Shown: one piece after another, positions 53,208-64,000 of the stretch | How the letters are laid out: the number at the start of each line of letters is the position of its first letter | Numbering within the stretch: position 1 is the first letter of the stretch | Assembly (NCBI GenBank): GCA_002104905.1 | Contig: MCFE01000021.1 | Coordinates: 1 to 64,000, forward strand | DNA from: Basidiobolus meristosporus CBS 931.73 | Taxonomy: Eukaryota; Fungi; Basidiobolomycota | Direction: 5' to 3' | DNA length: 64,000 nt | Translations under genes and position numbers: made by a program | Notes under the pieces: model-generated | Databases searched by the model: none | The model's input: only the letters and a program-made list of their open reading frames with translations | What the model was told of the DNA's origin: nothing

Positions 53208-56200
53208 ATGAAAGTAGAAAAACATTCTGAACAATCAACTACGAATCCTAATTATTCCCCTATTCGCCCTACTGTGAATACCACCTTTCGCGCTGTTCCA
53301 ACGAACCCTAGCTTTGACTCTGTAAATATACATTTTTCAGCAGTAATGAGGTTATCAACCCTAACAGTTTGTATTTAGTCAGTGACAGGTTTCACTAGAG
53401 AAAGTATTGGCAGTCTGCAAAGCGATACTTGCGATTTCGAAGGAAGGTATACCAACCGTTTCAGCGAGACAGACACTATACGTTTAATCGATCATATGGA
53501 TGTTGAGGAAATTTCCCTCTCTGACAACATCGATTCTGGAAAGCATTCAAAAACATCACACACCCCATCCCGTTTATACTCCGTGGGCAAGGCTTTTCGT
53601 AGAGCCTCTACCCGTGTTATTGAGCTATCTACCACTTGTTTTGACAATCCAATACCTTCGCACGGCAACTCGGACCAAAAGCATGATCACAATAGCTTAG
53701 ACGATGTACCTATTCCGCAACAACATCGTCTCGGAGGTCGTTCCCTCTTCCTATTCGGGCCCAACAACCCGACAAGAATATATCTTGCAAGGTTGTTCAA
53801 CAGAAGGTAATTGCGATATTGATAGTAATGGAGCTTGGTATTTTCATTTACTAACTGCATGCACTTTCTAGATGGATGGGATATTTGATTACTCTATTAA
53901 TTGTCCTTAACTGGCTCCTACTCTGTGTCCAATACTGGGAACCTGGTGCTCGAGACTTCACTTTCGGCTTCAGTTGGACTGATTATCCGTTGTTAGTCAT
54001 ATTTATACTTTATACGTAAGCATCTTCTCAGCGAACACAATGCAATGACGTCCAAATCGTTAACGGCTTTTATGTAGCTTTGAAACGATTGCAAGAATCA
54101 TTGTGTCTGGGTTCATCATCAACCCACCCACGTCTCAACAGAGACAACCAAGAGTTGAAATTGGAAAAAAATCACCGTTTCTCGTAGTAGAGGTTCACTC
54201 TGAGATCGACTCGCTTTTCCCAGATAGGGCATACTTGCGACATAGTTTCCAGCGGATTGATTTTGTTGTCGTTGTGTCTTTCTGGGTCAACATGATATTG
54301 ATGCTGACTGGATACGGCCGGTTCACTGTGTTTAGTGCTTTGAGCGCACTTCGACCATTCAGACTTATATCGATGACCTCGGGATCTTGGGTATAAATTG
54401 ACAATGCCTAAACCAGCCGATATTCGGACTAACTTATTTTCCTTTGAAGACGATCTTAAGATCTCTCAAAAAGAGTGCGCCAGTCCTGGTTAATGTTTCG
54501 CTCTTCTTGCTATGCTTTTTCTTACTGTTTGGGTAATTAATTATGTTAGACGTTTTACCTTTACGCAAATGCTCACTGACATTGTATGTATACCAGTATC
54601 ATCGGCGTTATCTCATTCGAAGGGTCATTTGATCGACGATGCGTTTCTCAAGGTTGGTGTTCATTAACCATATGATATGCACTTCAATCCCATTAATATC
54701 ATCTCAATAGATTATCAGGAAAGCGACTATGCAAATTTAGAATCTTTTGTTACTGTTCCAGAGCGATACTGTGGACACTACAATGAAACCTCTAAAGGTT
54801 ATAGATGCCCGGCGAATTTTAACTGTGTAATGTGTTTCGTTATTTTCTTTGTAGGATATCCCAGCCATTTAACAGCATACTCTATAGGTGAATGTCGGTA
54901 ACCCTTTTGAAGGAACCCTCGGGTATGACAACATCTTTCAGACAGTTCCAATTTTATTTGGTATCACAGCTGGTATGTTAATGGCAACGCACTGGTTAGG
55001 AAGAGCTTGAGTGACAACACTAACCACCTCTTCAGCCCAAGGTTGGCTTAGCCTGATGTTTCAAACTATGGATGCGGAATACCCATTACCATCCGCCTTA
55101 TATTATATTATCGGAGTTGTTGTATTTAATTTTTGGCTGCTAAATCTATTCGTCGCGGTGATAACAGAAATGTTTGCCAAGATTCGCGAAGATACCAACC
55201 ACAGTGCTTTCACCTCCAGGTATGATAACCATTCTAGTGGATTCTGATTAATACTTATTTATCACGTTGTCCTACAGAGACAAGGCAGCAATTGTTCTGA
55301 ATGACGGTAATGATGAGTTAGATGAGCAGGGGAAGAAAAAGATTCCATCGAAACCAAACTTCTTGCAAAGAAATTTCGATGCTACCTATTATTTTTGGAT
55401 CTTGCTGGTTGCTGCTGATCTGGTTATCATGTGTGTTCGCTCGTATGATCCAGACGATGAAGATAATGTCTTGACACCCGACCCGACCATGAGTACGACT
55501 TTTCTTACCAACTCACTCATACATAACACTCTCCTCGATCATATGAAATAATTCGCAATTTCTATTAGTCCAGGGCGATTTCTTAACTGCCGAGCGTGTT
55601 TTTACATCATTATTCGCACTCGAGATCATCCTTCGTTACTTTGCCATTTTGAAGCCTGGACGGAGGTCTAAATTCTTTCACTCAAAGAGGAACAGACTGG
55701 ACTTGTTTTTGGCAGTTGTCACTTGCTTAATTCAGATCCCCCCTATACCTACAGTTACTTCTGGAATGGTATATCGGTATCTCACAGTATTCCAGGTAGC
55801 AAGATTCTACCGAGTTGTTATGGCAGTGCCTCGTCTTCGTAGATTAATTGTTCGTACATTTCGTATTCACTGAATTGCTTGAAGTATACTAACCATTCAC
55901 ATTTTTACAGACTCGTACTGTCGGAAACGTTATCGGTATGATGAACTTGTTCCTTTTCATTTTGATGTGCATTGGTGTCAGTGCAACTATGGTAGGTGGG
56001 CTGCATTCCATGACAAGATTACTCGTATTGAACAGGCCAATTATGTGTTAGGCGATGCAATTGTTTGGTGGCCAAATAGGATCCGAAGACGGCTTGGACA
56101 TGAATTTTGATAATTTCGCATCTAGCTTCCTGGCATTGTTTCAGGTACATTTGGAGTTAAGAGCTAGTTCACCAGCTAGATATTGATTTTCTTTGTTGGA

Positions 56201-59200
56201 TGTAGGTATTCTCGGGTGATAACTGGACCGATTTGCTGTACGGCTTAACCGGAAGCCAGCGTAAGCACAACATGGCGGTCTTTTCCTCAGTTTTTATTTT
56301 GTTGTTTTTCTGCTTTTCAAACTGTGAGGCATTTTCGTGTCGAATCTCGTTATCTACCTACAATTATTCATGCGTTCCTTTTTAGTCATCCTACTTAACA
56401 TGCTCGTTGCTGTGATCGTGGAGAATTTTGAAATGGACGAAGAAGAAAAACGCAAACTTCAGCTTGAGGAGACCATCAAAGGAATTGAAACTCGGCAAAA
56501 AGAAGGTCAGGCCGTTATCAGGTAAATTCAATGATTCGCAAGTCACGGCTGTAGAAGCATACTCAGGTCGCTTTTGATACAGTAAATGGAACCCATATCG
56601 ATTCTTAAAGCCCAGCCCGAAGGCCTTGGAGGTTGACAGTATTCCATCGAACCTTGTTCTACCCGTTCAGAAGCGGGCTGCTCGCGAATTTCTGCAAGAA
56701 TCAACCTCGAAAGTAGGTGCTCTTAAGCTGCGAAAGTGAAGATTTTTCGAAGCTAACCCGTAATTTTTCAGTCTATTGGAGCCCAACTCAACAGATCCAA
56801 ATCAAAGGGATTTACTTCCCGGGTTCGAAGGTTCCTGAAAATGGACTACGACGATGTAGAACTCGGGAATACAGTTCAAAGGGCTGAAACGAGGGACGAC
56901 AGATTTATAGATGAAGCAGCCGGCAGTAAAGGCCCCAGCATGGAGCAGCACAGCGAGCGCGAGGCAATTCTTAACGACTTCATGACCGCCCATCCAACTT
57001 ACGATACATCGTTGTTTATATTCAAGCGGAATCACCCTATTAGAAAGATCTGCAAGAAGTTAGTGGGAAATTCAGATCCCTCGATCGAGGGAGTGTCGTT
57101 ATCGCATTTCAAACTAAGCCACGCGTTTAACGGGTTCATTTTCGTGTGTGTTGTTGTGAGTGTCGTATTTGCTGCGATCAACACTCCATTGGCTCAACGA
57201 CAACGAATAATCGAAAAGTACGGAAGCCTAGACAATTATACTAGTAAACGCGAGGTGGACATCTTCTACATGATCGACATCATCGTCACTGCAGTGTTTA
57301 CCATCGAGTTTCTCATCCGTATCATTGCCGATGGATTTATGTTTACACCCGAGGCTTATTGGCGGAGTATATGGAATCGTGTGGATTTCTTGGTTTTGAT
57401 CACCCTGTATATTACCTTGGCAATCAACCCCCGGGATGCTACCGGAATTCCGAGAACACTGAGAGCGGCCAAGGGCTTCAGAGCATTAAGAATTGCTAGC
57501 TATTTCTCCGCAGTTCGAGAGGTGTTCTACGGCACCTTGTACTCAGGTTTCCCTCGAATCGTTGATGCAGCGCTACTTTCCCTTTGCTTCATCCTCCCAT
57601 TCTCGATCTACGGGCTAAATATCTTTGCTGGACTGATGTACAGCTGTAACGATGACAATGGAATTTCTAGCCGGGCCGCCTGCTCAGGTTTTTACCCCGA
57701 CAAGGATAATGGATTCTTGAAACCGCGCGTTTGGTCGAACCCGGATAACTTCAACTTCGACAACTTCAGATCGTCGCTTTTGGTTTTGTTTGAGATTGTA
57801 TCCAACGAAGGCTGGGTCGATGTAATGTTGACCACGATGAAAGTCAAGGGGTACAATCTTCAGCCCGAAGACAAAAATGCCTGGTATAATGCCATCTTTT
57901 TCATGATCTACAACATGGTTGGGGCAGTTTTCGTGTTGACCCTTTTTGTGGCGGTTATCATCGAGAACTTCAACACCCGTAATGGAACTGCATTCCTGAC
58001 CGCTGAGCAACGAAGATGGATTGATATGAAAAATCAGCTGAAGCAAATCAAACCATCTATTCGACCAGTGACTCCACCTGTCGACAGAGTTCGGAGGTGG
58101 TGTTACGAAATGGCTATCGAAAAGAATGGGTTTCTATCTAAATTTGTGATCGGGGTGACCATATTTGACGCCTTGCTTTTGGTAACGCAATATCATACTC
58201 AACCAGATGTCGTCGATACCGTTAAAGGTACGAATTGGTAAGCGTCATCTATAGAAGTCACCGGTATTAACATTGCCCTGTAGACATTCTCTTTGGATTA
58301 ATCTTTCTGTGTTATATGTTTGAGATCGTTGTGAAGTGCCTTGGACTTGGTGTTAGAACGGTATGGTGTGCACCATTAATGTCACATCAATGGACGAAGT
58401 GTTGATCTTCTACTTTGTAGGTACTAATGAATCCATGGAATGTGTTCGATATTGTCATTACCTTCGGTCTTGCTATCTCGTCCATTTCGCAGTTGGTAGA
58501 GAAGTTTGTGTTAGGTATAGCAAACGGATCTCGTCTGTCGTTGAGAATCTTCGTTACACTGGTGTTGTTTAAAGTAGTCCAGAAAATCGATAGTTTGCAT
58601 CAGCTCCTGAGAACAATGGCGTAAGTGGATTATTATTGTGAATGCAAAGCACCGGAGTAACCGATTTTTCGTCATTGCAGTGTCAGTTTGAGAACCATTG
58701 TTAATTTACTGGCCGTTTGGTTCTTGGTTTTTGTGATTTATGCCATCGCCTTCATGGAGATTTTTAGTTTGACAAAGATGGGCGAGAATGGAGGGGCTCG
58801 AGCAAATTTCCGGAACTTCTCCAACTCCATATTGAATCTATTGGGAATGTCCACCGGTGAAGGCTGGAACGATTTTATGCATGACTTTGTAACCCAAAGC
58901 CCTGAATGCGTAGCCAGCGACAGCTATTACTTGCAAACAGATTGTGGAAGTCCCGCTTGGGCCTATTTCTTATTCATCTCCTTCAACATCATCTCGATGT
59001 ACATCTTTGCCAACCTGTTCGTCGTCGTGGTCATGGATGGATTCTCATACTGCTATCAAATCGCGTCCTCATATTCTCTGATGAAGAGAGACGATATTAG
59101 AAAATATCCTTTGAGTTTTGCTCACAACCTATTGCTTTAGAATTGCCAATGTATATATCCTTAACAGGTGCTCACTTTCAAGAAGGCATGGGGCGAAGTA

Positions 59201-60456
59201 GATATTCATGGTAATGGTTATATATATCAGAAAGATATAGTCAAGCTATTCTCGGTAAGGGTATTTGCGAATTTGGTCTTCATTCGACCCTACTAATGCA
59301 TTGTCTAGAAACTGTCTGCACCATTTGATGTCAAGATATACCCCGATCAGTATTCTATACCAACATTACTTCGCGAATGTCGTGCTCCAGAGAATCTCGA
59401 CGTAGCCCCATCATTTTCATTTAGAAAAAGTTCGAAGAGAAACATTTATGAGCTTACTGATCAACGGCCAGAGGCAAAGCTTCCGGATTTCAACATATTG
59501 AACACTCGATTATCGGATTTGAATTCGACCGAGATACATGAAAGGAGAAGGATTTATAACTTGATATATCAGGTTAGGTGGCCAGTAGTGGGAGGCGGGA
59601 AATCCTTGACTAACATTGCCGCTACATTATGTATATAGGAAGCCATGGATCTAGGTGCAAATAATCGAAAGATTAGCTTTACTAAGATGTTGTTGCTCCT
59701 GTCCATCTACAAGCTCACTGATCCAGTGAAAAGTTTTCTGTATGATTTATTTTCCACCCACTTGCGTAATATGCTGCATGGTATTAATGAGTGTTTTTCA
59801 TTTAGTCCTACCGATTATATCAAGCGCAAAGAACGGATGGACCAAATTGTGGACAAGGTTCGCATGGATACACTTAGGGGCTTTTTGCTTATTGCGATCC
59901 AGAGAAAACGAATCCGTGAAATTCGAGCACAAAGCGATAGGCACGCAGAGTTCGAGCACCCCCAAACACCCGAAACACAAAGTAAACTGCATTCCGCTTG
60001 GATTTGCTGTGATGAATCTTCCTAACCCCTTCCTCAACTTAGATGCCCCTGATGCAATCGGGCCTGAGATTAGAATAGTTTCTGAAAGCTCCACAACAAG
60101 GCATCATCCAACCTCCACCTATACCCCAGAGAGACCAGCAGTACACGATATTTTCCCGCATTCCTCCGCATCGCCGTAAGTCTACTTCAGTAATCATAAT
60201 GCTAGGAAAACCCTAACCCGATTCTTCAAGTGGATATGTCGATGAAAGCGATGACAACTGTAGCGTTAGTAGCTTGAAAGACATGGATATTAGTCAAGCT
60301 GATGATATCCTGACCGACTTCAGAAGCAACCAATGGCATGGTAATGTAGTGTTTCTCTACCGCACTCGTTAAGCAAGTATTAACTCCAATTTAGATGCTC
60401 TGGTTGCGGAGACGCATGATCTTTACGAGAGCAGCACATCTGAAGAAGACGACTGA
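53208..60456 (+). CDS. CCH1: Four-domain voltage-gated-type Ca2+ channel Cch1 (NALCN/Cch1 clade); many introns, one of them AT-AC
   Basis: Four S1-S6 repeats with S4 motifs (LSALRPFRL; VFQVARFYRV; LRAAKGFRALR; RLSLRIF) and pore helices TAAQGW, FSGDNW, VSNEGW and STGEGW. EF-hand-like segment FKKAWGEVDIHGNGYI follows IVS6. Confidence 0.93.
59104..59175 (+). other. U12-type (minor) AT-AC intron, 72 nt, in CCH1
   Basis: 5' splice site ATATCCTTT at 59104, branch point TCCTTAAC at 59158-59165 and terminal AC at 59174-59175. Removal joins AA|T to give DDIRNFKKAWGEVD; retention hits in-frame TAG at 59138-59140. Confidence 0.95.
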
Positions 60457-60856
60457 ATTCTCTGATCATTAATCGTCTGTGTATTACTAATGTATTTTTC
60501 TGTTTGATTCGAGCATCTGTAAGATGGCCAACAAGATCATTTCATTGATATCTATTGAACCCATTCATATCAGCATTTGCTCATTAGTTGAACATATACA
60601 AAGCGCCACATATCTTTCATATTGATCAATAAAACTCCGCATTCAAAAATAAGCGGTGCAAGAATTGCCCAAAACAGCAACAAGACGATACATCAGCAGG
60701 GACACTACTCTACAACTAATATGTTTATATACATATCCTTCACACTAACAAGCACTACACGTCCTCTCAGAACAAAAACCACGATAACTAGGCATGAATC
60801 AACTGCGTCTAATGATGTATGAGATCTCGGATGACGGAAATCAGCCCGTCCATGGA

Positions 60857-62533
60857 TCACGTATCTCGGGCACCACTTTCGTAAACGGCCTTGACTGTGG
60901 GGAATCTTAACGAGATGCTAGAGGGTGTTGAGGCCTTCCTGTTTACCGAGGGCTCTGTCTCCGAGTAGTATTGTACCGTGATCGGTTTTCCAATAATCAA
61001 AGAGGGAGTAGCTGCGTATCTAATTCGCTGATCCAGCGTAAACCCAGATCCAACATTAACCTTATTGCCTTTGTATCGAATGACGACTGATCCTAGTATC
61101 TCTCGCTCTTCGCTAGTTCCACGAACTGCCAGATTCATCTTTGTCTTCTGAATATCCTCAACAATGAACTCTTCGTCTTCCCACTGTTTGATTTTTAAGA
61201 GGTTTCGGCTTCGCTTCCCTTCGTATTCAGTATCGTTTCTTAGCATAAGACCCTCCCAACGTCTCTCAAAGGCGACGTTCTTCAGCTGCTGCAAGTGTGT
61301 AAAATCCTTGACTTTGGTGTGCTCAAGCAACTTCATTCTGGGATGGTCAAAATCGTTGAAGAGTTGATTCGCAAAGTCAAGACGCTCAGAAAAAAGTCTA
61401 CTTCTTTCCTTCATTAGGAACTCCTTATGTGTTAAAACGTCAAACACGAAATATACAGGGTCTTGAACTTGGTGCTCATTGCGAGAGATTTCTCGCATGA
61501 TAGCTTGGAAATTCTCTACATTCCCCTCAAGGTTGCGGCTATCTTTGAAGACACATATCTCCCCGTCAAATACCAAACCACCATGAAGAGTTTTCACCAG
61601 ATCCATGCGTGTGGAGGTGGATAGCAGTAACTTAGTGGCATCCATTATCTTCGATAAAGAGAAAAATTCATTCCCTCTTCTGGAAAAACATCTAATCTTT
61701 AGATCAGTCGGTGCTGAGTCGGTATCCAGGGATACGAACGTCAAACACCGGACTCCGTCCAGTTTTCTAGACGCATAAAATTTTCCCTTGGATCCGTGAA
61801 ATAAAGCCTCTTCTTCCGAAGGGTATAACGTCTCCGCCAATGCGGTCTTGAAATTCGAGATGCTTCCAGGCATCGCACGATTCAGCAAAGCGACGCCTAC
61901 ACCAGTTCCAAGCTTGCGATCTAATATATCGTATACGACATCGTGGTAGGTCTCCGAGCAACATCTATTAAGAAAACTCAGGATTGCGCCAATCGCGTTC
62001 AAACCGGTGAGTTCTCGAGAAGTAAGCCCCTTCAATAATTGCAGTAGCGTTCGTGGAGGTTGCTGAAAGGTTCTAGTTTTGGCCGGCAATTCATCCTCCT
62101 CCATCAATTCACGCACCCGTTTTGAGTGTAGGCCAAAAGTCAGCTTAGGGTCGGAAACAAAAGTCAAGATTGGGAATAGATGACGACTTGATTCCAAAAT
62201 TTTTATCTTCTCCGTGGTCGATTGAGTACTCTTGAGACGAGTCTGGAGTTCAAGCAACTGCGCTAAATCAACATCATTCGATTTTAAAACCTCTGAGAAT
62301 TCCGAGGTCTTATAAATGCGAGGATTTACTTCGCACTTTCTCCGAGTGGAAAATCCTCTGTGGGCCAAAATAGTAGCATTGTGGTTATCCCTAAGAGTGA
62401 AAGGACGAGTAGCTAAAAGAGGACAACCCGAGGGCCTCGGTAGCTTAGGTTTACTGATCTCAGTACTGAGAGTTGGGGTGTATCTGAAAAGCTTATCCAA
62501 CTGATGTACCAAGGAAGTTATCCGAGTTTTCAT
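60857..62533 (-). CDS. Compact phage/virus-type ATP-dependent DNA ligase with a putative mitochondrial presequence, intronless
   Basis: Motif I RKLDGVRC, III VFDGEI, IIIa YFVFDVL, IV WEGLMLR, V LLKIK, OB-fold VGSGFT and LRFP. No BRCT or zinc finger. The N-terminal ~65 aa are Arg/Ser/Leu-rich and nearly acid-free, ending RGFSTRR. Confidence 0.88.
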   Translation of the reverse strand: MKTRITSLVHQLDKLFRYTPTLSTEISKPKLPRPSGCPLLATRPFTLRDNHNATILAHRGFSTRRKCEVNPRIYKTSEFSEVLKSNDVDLAQLLELQTRLKSTQSTTEKIKILESSRHLFPILTFVSDPKLTFGLHSKRVRELMEEDELPAKTRTFQQPPRTLLQLLKGLTSRELTGLNAIGAILSFLNRCCSETYHDVVYDILDRKLGTGVGVALLNRAMPGSISNFKTALAETLYPSEEEALFHGSKGKFYASRKLDGVRCLTFVSLDTDSAPTDLKIRCFSRRGNEFFSLSKIMDATKLLLSTSTRMDLVKTLHGGLVFDGEICVFKDSRNLEGNVENFQAIMREISRNEHQVQDPVYFVFDVLTHKEFLMKERSRLFSERLDFANQLFNDFDHPRMKLLEHTKVKDFTHLQQLKNVAFERRWEGLMLRNDTEYEGKRSRNLLKIKQWEDEEFIVEDIQKTKMNLAVRGTSEEREILGSVVIRYKGNKVNVGSGFTLDQRIRYAATPSLIIGKPITVQYYSETEPSVNRKASTPSSISLRFPTVKAVYESGARDT

Positions 62534-62938
62534 AGTGGTGGAAACTCCTTTTGACAAACCTTCAAATGACCAATTTTGCCAGTTTTGCCATCAAACAAAA
62601 ATGATTTAAAAAATTTGAATTAACCTTGATTACCGGAGGGCTGTCCATTGAGTGTATGATGCGGGTGGTTGACCAACGGGTTCTAGAATCGGATACCAAA
62701 TTAAATGATTCGCTTAGACGCTCTACATACGTTATTCCACCTGGAATATATAGAAGGGGTCAGTAGAAATGTTGTTTTTCAGGTGTATTCTGGATTACCG
62801 ATCTAGCCTTATTCACAAAAACATTTACAAAAAGAGCTTTAAATGGGAATTCTAGATTTAACTTGACATTGGTCATATGGTCAACACAGCTATAAAACTA
62901 GATAGAGGTCGCCCGGATATCTGGTGTAATAAGTGAGT

Positions 62939-64000
62939 ATGACAGTGCTAAATGGTTCCGAGAAGCGTTCCTTGTCAGAGGAGGAGCAGAGTTGCAAAAA
63001 AGCCAAGTCTGTTTCCAACACCTTCAACTCTCGCTATTACGAGCCAGATTTCGTAAGCAACTTCAATCGCGGCTTCACTACTCGCATCCCTTTTCAGGAT
63101 GACCCCGAGAAGTCCCAAGCTTATACTCTTGGCTACCCCTTCCGAGCAGGCGCTTTGAGTGACGTTTTTGATCCCGATTTTCTGAAAGAAGTGAAGAAGG
63201 AGCTCCTCAATGAAGTCTTCTATCACAAGTCCAACGACCTGTACGAATTCTATCAATCGGAGGATTTGAAGCTCACCAAGAAACCCTACCTTTCAGCCTT
63301 GAGATCAGCCATCTTCAGTCCTGAATTTGTAAACCTCATGACTCGCTTAACCGGGATAAAGCTCAACTCCACTATAGATCTCGCTGGACAACGTTACAGT
63401 GATAAATCCTTTTTGTTGTGTCACGATGACGACGTCCGCAACGAGAATGAGGGGCGTCGCATAGCCTTTATTATCTACTTGGTTCCCGAGGATTGGTGCA
63501 AGGAAGATGGAGGATTGCTCAGTTTGTATTCCACGTATGTATCCCAGTTATTTTGAGGCCGAAGCATATTCGCAGTCGCTAAATCTTCCAATTCACTAGT
63601 GATATGCAAGACCAGCCCGCAGAGGTAATTCATTCCATTATCCCCAAATGGAACTCGGTTGCCTTCTTCCAGGTTGGAACCACCTCTTTCCATGAAGTGA
63701 CTGAAATCCTCACCGCGTCCAAAGACCGTGTTTCTATCACTGGCTGGTTCCATGGATCTGTTGATGATAATGCGGAAATTCCACTTCTAGAATATCAGCT
63801 GCTGAAACCTGAGCCTTCTCAATCAATTGAGGCATGGATCAACCCTAGATATCTCAACGAAGATGCCAGTAAACAGATCTCGGATATATTTTTGGAGCAG
63901 TCTAGTGTTGAGCTCCAGAAATTCTTGCGTCCTGAGGTGTACGATGAAGTCCTTAAAGCCTTATCCGATGCTTCTTGGTCCCGTTCGGTTGGTCCTGCCC
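62939..64000 (+). CDS. 2OG-Fe(II) prolyl hydroxylase OGFOD1/Tpa1-like; truncated by the window edge
   Basis: FYHKSNDLYEFYQSEDL, FLLCHDD (HxD), RRIAFIIYLVP.W...GG.L, then after an intron (63534-63599) FHEVTE..DRVSITGWFHG. Confidence 0.88.

Overview
Gene-dense window from an intron-rich fungus, inferred to be early-diverging (zygomycete-grade). It carries fungal markers (septin, Cch1, Pah1-type homeobox, Vti1, Eri1/PIG-Y) alongside genes lost in most Dikarya. All gene models were spliced and translated by eye, and family calls come from remembered motifs, not database searches. About 25 genes are supported, including TRM4/NSUN2, a bHLH-Zip factor, VTI1, RNR2, SAM synthetase, MTO1, a G-gamma, a PPN2-like phosphatase, EBP, TKL1, CCH1 and a partial OGFOD1/TPA1. 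The main signal is a minor (U12) spliceosome that the ORF track hides: CENATAC/CCDC84 (146-1885), U11-48K/SNRNP48 (44159-46064) and a canonical AT-AC intron (59104-59175) that is needed to complete the CCH1 reading frame. Other notable items are an intronless phage-type ATP-dependent DNA ligase with a mitochondrial-looking presequence, a secreted 4x Cys-domain protein with a 93-nt tandem-repeat stalk, a tandem pair of basic IQ-motif paralogues, a possible Integrator INTS13-like gene, decayed LINE relics and a probable GT92 pseudogene. No rRNA, tRNA, snRNA or CRISPR was recognised.
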